Shown here one piece after another: positions 1 to 9,768 of a stretch of DNA of 64,000 bases. Source of the DNA: Okamejei kenojei (Eukaryota); assembly GCA_035221665.1 (NCBI GenBank), contig CM069140.1:16926001-16990000 (forward strand). Reading direction: 5' to 3'. The position numbers and the translations under genes were made by a program. Under the pieces are notes generated by a model. That model saw only the letters and a list, made by a program, of their open reading frames with translations. It was not told the DNA's origin and searched no databases. Each line of letters starts with the position of its first letter. The first letter of the stretch is position 1.

Positions 1-569
1 CTGGTTTTGTTCAATCATAAACTGTTGCACCTCTCCTATTCGCACCAAAGGAGCATCGAAAGGGATAAAACGTTTATTAAAAATAAAGATAATGGTATAA
101 TAGATACTCGTAACGAGTGACTTGAATTTAGTAGTACCCTGAGCTTACTACCTCTCCTCATGTTAATTTTTCACCCGAAGCACATGCTCTGCGTTGCATG
201 CGCCTCTGATCATGTGAGGAAGGAGAAGGGGGTGGGGGGTTAAACATTGATTTAAAACCTAGTAATTACATTCTGGATTTGTACAGATCGACAGTTAACT
301 CTGCACGAACCTAACATCCTTTCAATGACTGAGTGGTATGGTGGGAGGTGGGGAGCGGTAGAGTTTGTTAAAGCAAAAATGTTTCATTATCAGACGAGTA
401 ATAGAAACAAACGCTATTTAACACAGGGACACCAATCAGAAAAAAAAATCCAGAAAGTTTACCGAGTGAATGCGACAGAAACTAAGAGTCAAACAATGGA
501 TTTTTTTCTTCTCTCTCTCTATTTGGACTTTAAAGCGAGTGCTGTACTCTGTGCCAGGTTTTTGCAGCA

Positions 570-847
570 GCCGCCGAGCGGGGGGATGCTGTGCCAACCC
601 GGAATAGTGTGGGGGGGTTTAGAAACTGCTGGCGGCGCCGTTTCAAGGCTGCCCGCTGTGGATGTATCGGTTCAGCCGACCAATGGGTGCAGCGGGTGTG
701 TGTAGCCAACTGGCCAGGTCCCGCCCCCTGCCCGGACTTGATTGGCTGAGGGGGAGCCGACCGCTGGGGAGACGTCACTGGCGGCGGCTGATTGGGCGAG
801 GGTGGTGTCGCTCAGGTGCGGGGGGCGGGGCTTTGCGCAGCGCGGAC
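570..847 (+). promoter_or_regulatory. SSBP3: CpG-island, TATA-less promoter of SSBP3 (CCAAT boxes, GC boxes, CRE-like site)
   Basis: GC/CpG-rich region. CCAAT at 680-684, reverse CCAAT (ATTGG) at 741-745 and 791-795, CRE-like AGACGTCA at 770-777, GC boxes CCGCCCC at about 721 and GGGGGCGGGG at 821-830. Lies upstream of the start codon at 1397. The TSS cannot be determined. Confidence 0.75.
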
Positions 848-1293
848 GCGGTGCCTCCTGCTGCCGGAGCTGGGCTGGGCTGGGCTGGGCGGCGCTTGCT
901 ATTGCTATTGCCGGAGCTGGGCGGTGCTTTCTATTGCTGGAGCTGGGCTGGGCGGTGCTTTCTATTGCTGGAGCTGGGCTGGGCGGTGCTTTCTATTGCT
1001 GGAGCTGGGCTGAGCGGAGCTGGGCTGGGCGGTGCTTGCTATTGCCGGAGCTGGGCTGAGCTGAGCTGCGCGGTGCTTTCTATTGCCGGAGCTGGGCGGT
1101 GCTTTTTGCTGTCGGGGGTTGAGTTGAGCTGAGCTGAGCTGCGCTGCGCTGGGCGGCGCTTTCTATTGCCGGAGCTGCTCTGGGCGGTGCTTTCTGCTTG
1201 TGGAGCTGAGCTGAACTGAGCTGCGCAGCGCTGGGCCGGGAGAGGCTAGGCTAAGCTGGGCTGGGCTGGGCTAGACTAGACTAGGTTGGGCTG
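848..1293 (+). repeat. Minisatellite of ~31 bp units (GGAGCTGGGCTGGGCGGTGCTTTCTATTGCT) built on GAGCT/GGGCT pentamers, probably in the 5' UTR
   Basis: Tandem units are directly visible and degrade 3' into (GAGCT)n, (GGGCT)n and (AGACT)n pentamer runs. Confidence 0.9.
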
Positions 1294-1313
1294 CGTGCGG
1301 ACGGGACGCGGCG

Positions 1314-1342
1314 ATGGGGTCGCCCCGGGTTTGATGCTTTGA
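1314..1342 (+). other. Two overlapping short uORFs (MGSPRV*, ML*)
   Basis: ATG at 1314 to TGA at 1332-1334. ATG at 1334 to TGA at 1340-1342, with a TGATG overlap. They lie just upstream of the main ATG at 1397. Confidence 0.5.
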
Positions 1343-1396
1343 CAGGTGCCCGACGCCAGGCATCTCCTCCCCCCCCCCCTCCCCCAGAAAGAAAGC

Positions 1397-1452
1397 ATGT
1401 TCGCCAAAAGCAAAGGCTCGGCGGTGCCCTCGGACGGACAGGCACGAGAAAA
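1397..1452 (+). CDS. SSBP3: Single-stranded DNA-binding protein 3, coding exon 1
   Basis: Translates MFAKSKGSAVPSDGQARE(K), which matches the SSBP3 N-terminus (MFAKGKGSAVPSDGQAREK) rather than SSBP2 (MYGKGK...). 56 nt, followed by a GTAAGT donor. Confidence 0.95.
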
Positions 1453-1796
1453 GTAAGTTTATTTCATCTTTGTTGCTGGGAAAAATAGGGAATTTCTCAG
1501 CGTTTGCAGGCTCCCCGAGGCTGGGCAGCGACCGCTGCAATTCCCGGGGATTCAATTGTTTTTCGCTCTTATTATTATTATTTGCTTTGACTCGCACGCT
1601 GTGCGTTTCCGCTTCTTTGCAGAAACTGGGTTAAAGATTGTGTCCGGCGGGTTTAGCTGGGTGCAACGCCGCTCGATGACAACCCCCCCCCCCCCCTTTC
1701 CATCCTCTCACTTGCTCTCTCTCTCTCGCTCCGCATTCCCGCTGTAATAAATAGATAGCCTTGTAACCGGCTTCTTTGTGTCTCCTTCGCCTGCAG

Positions 1797-1869
1797 GTTG
1801 GCTCTGTACGTGTACGAATATCTGCTTCATGTCGGGGCACAGAAATCTGCACAGACCTTCCTCTCAGAG
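1797..1869 (+). CDS. SSBP3: SSBP3 coding exon 2 (LisH motif)
   Basis: Polypyrimidine tract plus CTGCAG acceptor. Translates (K)[30 protein letters not shown] donor. 73 nt, in phase with exon 1. Confidence 0.97.
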
Positions 1870-2097
1870 GTAACTGCATGTCTCCATCACTCCGCTTTAG
1901 CCTTTGTTTCTCAGGCGGACAATCTCGCCTCCATTTTGAATTGTGTTAACCTTTTGCCATTTATTGTGGCTACAAAACAAAAAAAAAATCTATTCAACTG
2001 ACTAGTTTTTAATACTGACTTCCCCCGCCAATAACCCCTCCTCTCCCTGTTTTTCACCTGGGCTTATTGTGAGTTTAAAAAAAAATTTGGTTTACAG

Positions 2098-2159
2098 ATA
2101 CGATGGGAGAAAAATATTACATTAGGAGAACCTCCTGGGTTTCTACACTCCTGGTGGTG
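2098..2159 (+). CDS. SSBP3: SSBP3 coding exon 3
   Basis: TTTACAG acceptor. Translates [20 protein letters not shown](C). GTGAGT donor. 62 nt. Confidence 0.97.
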
Positions 2160-3559
2160 GTGAGTAGACAATTTTAAGTGTCCCACATTGGGTTTGTGCA
2201 GAGTTCCCATCATTGCACCCAGTGTTAAATATATTCCACGATACCCTGATTCTATGTAACTTTTAGGCAACATTAAAACATGATAAAGAGGGATCAATGC
2301 AAAAGGCTACAGTAGCAACAGGCATCCCTTGATAAAATTAAAGTTTTGGAGATGATTCAATGTCATATAATAAATAGTTTTTTAAATCAACATACTGGAT
2401 TGTTTACAATCTGTGCCACGCAATATGCTAGGATTTGAAATGTGCAAAATTGTCAATTACAGTGTTAAAAACATTTCTTTATAGTGTAATGTTTATGAAT
2501 GAAAGTTGTGTTGTTGGTTTTAAGACTTTGGGTGCGTAGGTTTAATTTTATCTTACAATTATTCTTTGATCTTGTTACTGTGTGAAAAGCGCCTGGGTTT
2601 AAGATGGTTATTAGAACTGGCAGGTAATAACATTGTTACAGTTGTTATCTGGACCTTGGAAATTGCATCAGGCATGGGGAGCAGGTCAGAAGGAAGCATC
2701 TTACAATTTTTTCACCTTGATGAAGAATGTTTGGCCTTTTTGTTAAGGTGGAATTAATTCCACAGTGGTTCTCAAAGATCTTTTCCCAGCAGCCATTCTT
2801 GAAGTCCAGTCATGTTAGCTGACAGAGGTGTCCATCAATATTAAATATGTCAGCATTACTTTTTGCTTTGGTTATTGCCCAGCATTGATTCAAATATCAG
2901 TTAACTTGAATGGAGGCAATACTTATTAACTACCTTTGTTCCACTGTCCTCCCCAATTCAGCTCGGTACAGGCTGGTGTATCAGATGTGTTTTCTACGAA
3001 TTGTGTCCTCACCAGGATGACTTTATTGCAGTTAATTTTGCTTGTTGGTGTTTAGATGGATAGGGCATTATGGTGGAGTCCCTCAATTTGTGATCTATGG
3101 CATCTTAATTGGCCGAAACCATAATTGGCTGAATGGTATCTTAATTGACTGAAACCTGAATTGGAAATTACACAGCAATTGCAAGAGAGATACCTGTAAA
3201 CAGGAATATTTAATTGTCTTTTGAATAAATGATATTTTGATGTGGAGTTGTGTTGCATGCGCTTGTCTAGAGCAGACCATGTAAATTGCTGTTGGGTTAG
3301 TGTCAATAAACATTTACTGATTCATTTACGTTTACATGTAAAATACAGATTTTGGGTGGGCTTAATCAGTTCATGAGTCAGTTTGCTTGTACCTCCATAA
3401 TTTGCTGTGGGCACATCTTCCTTTCTCACTGGGAAACGTATTATTTTGCTGGGTAACTCCATGCAATGCCAATCCTCATGGCTACACTGGAAGTTATGTT
3501 TGGGATCCATTGTGATTGTGGAATTGTTGAATAATTGTGAAATTATTGGGTAAATAAAG

Positions 3560-3690
3560 TTTTGGTTTGGAACCCTTCTTCAAAGTATGAAGAAAGGTCC
3601 CAACCCAAAACATCCCCAATCCATTCCCTCCACAGATGCTGCCTGACCTTCTGAGTTACTCCAGCACCGTTTCGCTCAAAATTCCAGCAT
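3560..3690 (+). mobile_element. Penelope-derived terminal repeat with a short inverted arm
   Basis: TTTTGGTTTGGAACCCTTCTTCA..TGAAGAAAGGTCCCAACCCAAAA followed by GATGCTGCCTGACC..GAGTTACTCCAGCA. Confidence 0.7.
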
Positions 3691-3813
3691 TAGGCAGCAT
3701 GTCCTTGGAGCATTGATACAGTTATTACTATAGAAAACTACACCATTTTATTTATAGCTGTATTATTGTAATATTTGATCAACTATTTTGCTTAATTCTT
3801 TGGTAGTTTGTGG

Positions 3814-4068
3814 AGCCTGGCCAGGACTCACCCCACAGAGCCCAGTCCCTCCACGCACTAGTGTCTCCCAACCCCTGCAGAGAAGTTATTAAGATGGCTG
3901 ATCAGTTGGTGGGCGGTTGCTGCTGGGACGCAGGTCGGGGCCTGATCATCCCCGGCTGGGTCGCCTGGGCGAGGGTGTTTGATGTTGTGAGACCCGAAAC
4001 ACCCGATGACCCCAGATCACATCACTGAGGATGCATCCCAGCGCAACTAGAAGATGTATATTTTTCAC
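3814..4068 (+). mobile_element. 3' end of a Hero-like (R2 group) non-LTR retrotransposon flanked by 49-bp direct repeats
   Basis: GC-rich insert between direct repeats at 3765-3813 and 4069-4117 (4 mismatches). The peptide remnants AQSLH and AEKLLRWL and the 3' UTR GACCCGAAACACCCGATGACCCCAG resemble Hero elements. The family is assigned from recall. Confidence 0.55.
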
Positions 4069-4511
4069 ATTGCAACATTTGATCAACTATTTTGTTTAAT
4101 TCTTTGGTAGTCTGTGGTACAAATATTTGAATGTTTTCCTACCAGTTGTAGATGCTCAGCGGTATACTCCTTGTTTATGTGAATACATCAGTTCACCAGT
4201 GGGACAAAGTTTGTGAGTCATGGATACTGTAATCTGATTGTTAAATACATTCCAATTCCAATTCATTTCTAGTGGCAGCACGAAAGTGTACTTATTGTAC
4301 TTTCTAACTTTCCTGTTGATCTATTGTTTCAGATGTTATTGACTTGTGGTTTTTTAGGCACCGAGTGTTTGGAACTCCTTGTGTTTCTCGGTTGAACTTT
4401 TGGAAAAACTCTTTGGACTTCACCTGGTCTGGAAATATCATCTTTGTAACCAAGAATAGGAATTATTTAACATATTTTGTTTATATCCCTAATGTTCTGG
4501 TGACAAGACTA

Positions 4512-4590
4512 CCGGAGATGCTGCCTGTTCCGCCGAGTTACTCAGCATTTTGTGTTTACCTTCGGAGTATCTGCAGTTCCTTTCTACACA
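4512..4590 (+). mobile_element. Penelope-derived terminal repeat fragment
   Basis: GAGATGCTGCCTGTTCCGCCGAGTTACTC...ATCTGCAGTTCCTTTCTACAC. Confidence 0.75.
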
Positions 4591-4591
4591 C

Positions 4592-5225
4592 TTCAAGAGT
4601 CAAGTCAAGAGTTTTATTGTCATGTGTCCCAGATAGGACAATGAAATTCTTACTTGCTGCAGCACAACAGAATATGTAAACATAGCACAGAATGAGAGAT
4701 AAAGTTCAGTGTGTCTATAGACCACAGACCATATATACACAATAATAAACAGATAAAGTTCAATGATAGACTGTTATTGTTCAGAGTTTATTTGGTGTTG
4801 TGTTTAATAGCCTGATGGCTGTGGGGAAGAAGCTGTTCCTGAACCTGGATGTTACAGATTTCAGGCTCCTGTATCTTCTTCCCGATGGCAACGGAGAGAT
4901 GAGTGTGTGACCAGGATGGTGTGGGTCTTTGATGATGTTGGCAGCATTTTTGAGACAGCGACTGCGATAGATCCTTTTGATGGTGGGGAGGTCAGAGCCG
5001 GTGATGGACAGGGCAGTGGTCACAACTTTCTGCATGCTTTTCCGCTCCTGGACATTCAAGTTGCTTTACCATGCCACAATGCAGCCAGTCAGTATGCTCT
5101 CTACTGTGTTTCTGTAGAAGTTCGAGAGAGTCCTCCTTGACATACCGACTCTCCGTAATCTTCTCAGAAAGTAGAGATCTTTGGAAATATGCATGCCCAG
5201 GAATTTGTGGTTTTTAACCCTTTCG
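4592..5225 (-). mobile_element. Rex1/Babar-type LINE, 3' fragment
   Basis: Peptides KFLGMHIS, LYFLRRLRR, NFYRNTVESILTGCIVAW and IIKDPHHPGHTLISPLPSGRRYRSLKSVTSRFRNSFFPTAIRLLN. Short-repeat tail (CTTGA). Confidence 0.85.
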
Positions 5226-6645
5226 TGTTTTTGATTACTGTTCAGTCTATTGCCAGCCTTAGTACTAATGCAAATGTGACAGTGGTGCAAGGCATTGCAT
5301 GTTCATTCTCAGATAGCTCCTCCACTTTCCCCTACTGTGATTGTGATGTTGCCTGTGTTGTTAATTGGCATTGGCTGGAAGCAAATTGTCTCAAAACCCA
5401 GTGTTTAATACGATTTAAGTTTGATTCTTACTGTTCACAATAACCACGTTCAGCCTGCAACTTGGGTAATGCATGTGTGGGTACTGGGGTAAATGTCCAT
5501 GGAGACACATGAGATAGGGAGATGAACAACTGGGTAGAGATGCTGATTGTTGACTTTCAACTTGTGTTCGAAGGGCGTGTTGTGTTTGTGTGTGTTTTTA
5601 AATGTCTGCTTCATGTAATTATCTGGAATATGTTCATGTGCACTACTTTGTTACCTTTTGTGTCTGTGAAGTGTCCAGATATATTTTGTAATTTTAATCA
5701 TGCAACGTGGTAATGGTAAATGAGGGGGATTATTGTCAAAACATCAGCTGAAATAGTTGTCGCCCTGCGATTTGAGGATTGAGATATGAATTATAAGGTG
5801 GTAAAAACATGTTTTGGTTAAACATGAAGGGGTGACTCATTAAAAACTAATTGATACTTGGACTGGTTTACCGACTTTTATCCAAAAGATGGTGTTATCT
5901 ATCCATTTAATGGATTAAACTGCGGCAAACAGGTGTCCTCTGTTTATTTGGGAGTTGGTTTGCTAATTTGGTGAAGAGATAAGGGACCTGGTGGAAGAGC
6001 TGGAAGCTATGGTTTAGATTTTTTGCTTGCAGCTACTGCTGCTTGTTGCAACATACCTTGATAAAATTGTTGCATCGGGAGAGTGATTTGGTTTGAATTT
6101 GAGTTGATGGTGACATGTGGTGGGGGAGTAACTTGGGTGTTTAACGTTATGACAGTTCAAGCGGTTTACTTAAAATGAGGCAGGATTTCATTTTGAGGGC
6201 TGTGGAGAGGGTAGAGTACAAGTTGAAGAGATATCGGGGGAACATTAATTATATGAAGTTATGACAAACTAGCTGGCAAATTAATGGGTTCTGCCAAGTA
6301 AATGTTTTGGTAAAGCACGTGCAGGTACAAGCAGATCTTGGTTGAAACCGGAGATCTGTTAATGTGCAGCACACAGCATGGATGGATGCCTTAAAGTAGA
6401 GTGCGAAGCTGCTGCATTAGTATTTCAGTTAAAGGCCATGAGCCTTCATTTATTATTACTCAGCGTAAACAATCCAAGCATTTTTACTCTTATTTTTTAA
6501 AATGTTATTTCATTAAGTTATAAATTGTAACTGATCTTGGAAGATTCAATACTTATAAGCTTGTTTTTTTCATCAAGTATTATGATTTGCCTGAGTCAGC
6601 ATTTTATAATATGTGAAATTAATTGTCTTTTCTTTTCCCCTTCAG

Positions 6646-6730
6646 TGTATTTTGGGATCTTTACTGTGCAGCTCCTGAAAGGCGAGATACATGTGAACAT
6701 TCAAGTGAAGCAAAAGCCTTTCATGATTAC
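6646..6730 (+). CDS. SSBP3: SSBP3 coding exon 4
   Basis: Polypyrimidine tract plus TTCAG acceptor. Translates (C)[28 protein letters not shown], where RRDTC is the SSBP3-type residue string. GTGAGT donor. 85 nt. Confidence 0.97.
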
Positions 6731-8621
6731 GTGAGTTAATTAAAAGTTCTTCATTTTGTTTCAAAACATGTTGTCGTTTGTGTGATCACTTCCTGGCCGG
6801 ACCATGTTAATGTGTGACACAGAATCTAAACTTTTGGGGAGGACAAGTTTCATTAAGAGAAAACTGTGCGAATTGCAGATTCTGTTGTAAAACCCTTTGG
6901 CGGAAAGAATGTACAATCGATTGTGATTTTCTGGTTTCAATATCCTCAAGTTGACTTGCAAGTGAATTAGTTTTAATGTATTTGTTACAAGACTTATTGA
7001 CCATGCTTTTTAAAAAAAAAAGTTGCAAGTGGAAATCATTATTTTAAAGTGGCATTAAATCTGTCATAGTTTCTGGTGGATGTATTAATGTCAAAGCATC
7101 TTGTTTTAAGAATATTTGAGATTGTAGTCGTATGTTGAAATTTTGAAATGTGGTTGCAGTATGAACATGATGGTTCGTTTTTGGTTACTGTCCTGATTGC
7201 ATACTGGTACATGTAATGATTTTCCGCAGGTGCCTGGAGGACTTTAATGCAATGACTCCAAGATCACTCTGCTTTGAATTCGAGCTCTGTTATCGAAGCC
7301 TTCAGGATTGTATATTGGAGATTGCAAATGCAAATCATTTTATGCAGATGGAAAATAAAACTTTTTTAATGGGTTTGATGAAAAAGAAACTTGTGTAGTT
7401 TGATACACATTTTAACCGTGAAAATGTTGTTTTGAAGCATTGAGAAATTATGTGCTAGTGAGAAAGAGCTGTATTGGGGGAAATTGTGTGTGGGGGGGGG
7501 GGGGGGGGGAGGAGGTTGCCTGGTGAATGGCATTTTTTATGTCTGGATCTATGTTGGTGATATGTGCTCTGCACAGTTAATACTTGGACACTGGGAGCCA
7601 TGATTGAATATGCTGGTGATGGTAAATTATATTATAAAAGATTTCAACATAAAGCTTATTCTTGAAGAACAAACAGCCTTTTTGTGGGTGTATTCTATTT
7701 TAGAAAAATATGGTTGTTGGTGTATCTAAAGCTGTTTCAAGAATTAGTTTACATAAGTGCTTTTATTTCAAATTAAATAATTGGATCTTGTCTCCGCTCG
7801 TATGCAGACTAGCTTGGGTTTAAAATATGGTAAAACCTATGTGGTTCTAAATGTATGGGATGCCTGCCAACAGATGTTATACGATGCTCTTTTAATCCTG
7901 CTGTTGCTCGTTGGCATAGTCAGTAGTGTAACCATGACTGGTGATATGTCACTGGTTCAGCTGAGTTGAGGTCTGTCATTTGCTTGCTAATGGAACACGA
8001 GACAGAATCTGTGCCTGTGGAAGAGTACCTTCCCAGCATGACTGCTAGAGACTAGAAAATGTATAACCCTGGCAGAAGATTTTGTGCGTTGGCCAGGTGA
8101 CAGCAACCTGTTTATGATTAACTGCACTGCAGGTGGAACTCAGCGGTTGAAACCTGGCTAAAATGACCAGTTGAGTAACAGTTTACCAGGCTTGCAGGAT
8201 AAGGTGTTAAAGCGCATATGCTCTTTGATTTTTGCGTTACCGCCCTGTTCTGCAAAGTATTAAGGCAATACATTAGTGACGGTGCAAATTATGCACATTC
8301 TATAATCTATTCAACCACTATATTTAGTGGAACAAAATAGCTGAATTTCTTGTCCTTTAAAATTACTTTACATGGAAAACGATTGTCAGTATATTCAGAT
8401 CCTTCTTTGTTAAAGTCACATCTGTATATCAATATGTTTATTAGATCAGCAGGTTCCACATTTATTTTGCTGTAATTAATAATAATGGAAGTAACAAACT
8501 CCTGATTTTAATTGCTCACCACAAATGTGTAGGTAGCACAGGATACTACAAGAATGAAAACCTACGCAACTGTTTACTGTTATACGGTTGGGGTGAAGTG
8601 TGCAAACTGAGGATAGTCAAT

Positions 8622-8848
8622 GTGTAAGAAGGAACTGCTGATGGTGGTTTAAACTGAAGATAGACACAAAAAGCTGGAGTGACTCAGTGGGACAGGCAGC
8701 ATCTCTGGAGGGAAGGAATGGGTGATGTTTCAGGTCGAGACCCTTCTGACTCCAGCCTGAAGAAGGGTCTCGACCTGAAACATCATCGATTCCGTCTCTC
8801 CAGACATGCTGCTTGTCCCACTGAGTCACTCCAGCTTGTTGTGCCTAT
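8622..8848. mobile_element. Palindromic non-autonomous Penelope-derived element with a degenerate 15-bp TSD
   Basis: Two inverted arms. Flanked by CTGAGGATAGTCAAT (8607-8621) and CTGAGGATATTTAAT (8849-8863). Hammerhead-like core at 8757-8784. Confidence 0.85.
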
Positions 8849-9044
8849 CTGAGGATATTTAATATTCTACAGGTTGATTTCAACTCTAAGTTGGACCTCT
8901 CTACAGGTAAAACAAAGATGTGTAGTGGTAAATTGAAGATGCTCAATTTGGACTTTTACTGATCCTTAAGTTAATACAATCAAGGATTTTGTGGTGATGC
9001 ACAAAATTATGTCGGGCTTATTTGTGATGTGCCTCTTTGATGAC

Positions 9045-9212
9045 CCTTGGACTATCCCCTTGATTGGACTTTGCTGGCATTATCTGCACTAATCATTATT
9101 CCCTTATGTATCTATACACTGTAAATGGATTGATTGTAATCATGTATTGTCTTTCTGATGACTGGTTAGCACGCAAATAAGCTTTTCACTGTACCTGTTA
9201 CAAACTAAACTG
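9045..9212 (+). mobile_element. LINE 3' UTR (Rex/L2-like family)
   Basis: GACTGGTTAGCACGCAA..AAGCTTTTCACTGTACCT..AAACTAAACT. The same family occurs on the minus strand at 36925 and 46513. Confidence 0.7.
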
Positions 9213-9341
9213 ATCTTGACAAGCAGGCTATTTTGGATTGGGGTGGCTGTTAATTGTTGCAAGCTGGCTATATTGATTTTTCCTTTTGGAAGTGAACAAA
9301 ATCAGTTCTTGATCCTGTGATTCCTGCAGGAGTTTGAGATT

Positions 9342-9768
9342 ATAGAGTCATACTGCAGGGAAATAGGCCCTTTGGCCCAACTCATCAACACTGACCAAGC
9401 TGGCCTATCTAAACTAGTCTCATTTGCGCGCATTTGATCCTTATCCCTCTCAACCTTTCCTATCCATGTCCCTATCCAAGCGTGTTTTAAATGCTATATA
9501 ATACCTGCCTCAACTATCTCCTCTGGCAGCTCGTTTCATATCCCACCACCCTCTAAGTAGCAAATTTAACCCCTTGGGTTTGTATTAAATCTTGCCCCTC
9601 TCACCTTAAGCATGTCCTCTTGTTTTTGGATCCCCCGCCCTGGCTAAAAGCATGTGCATTCTCCCTATGTATTCCTTCATGATTGCATTTATCACTACGG
9701 TCACCCTTCAGCCTCCTGTACCCTAGGAAATAAAGTCCTCCCCATGCCCAACCTCTCCCTGTAAGCAT
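9342..9768 (-). mobile_element. CR1/HER1-type LINE, 3' fragment
   Basis: Reverse strand gives GLYFLGYRRLKGD (CR1 C-terminus). Tail GGGCCAAAGGGCCTATTTCC..TATGACTCTAT. Confidence 0.8.

Noticed and set aside
1-130. Possible exon of a neighbouring gene at the window start
   Set aside because: No recognisable peptide or convincing splice signals, so it cannot be supported.
325-1132. Several long overlapping ORFs (126-156 aa) upstream of SSBP3
   Set aside because: They arise from the GC-rich promoter and the tandem repeat. The peptides are repetitive and have no recognisable homology.
848-1293. Possible CRISPR-like array
   Set aside because: These are contiguous tandem units without unique spacers, in a eukaryotic context.
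3972-4035. GGGTGT...GAAACACCC and CTGAGGA suggesting a hammerhead in the Hero-like UTR
   Set aside because: The elements are not in an order that builds a complete core. There is no CUGANGA directly before stem II and GAAA.
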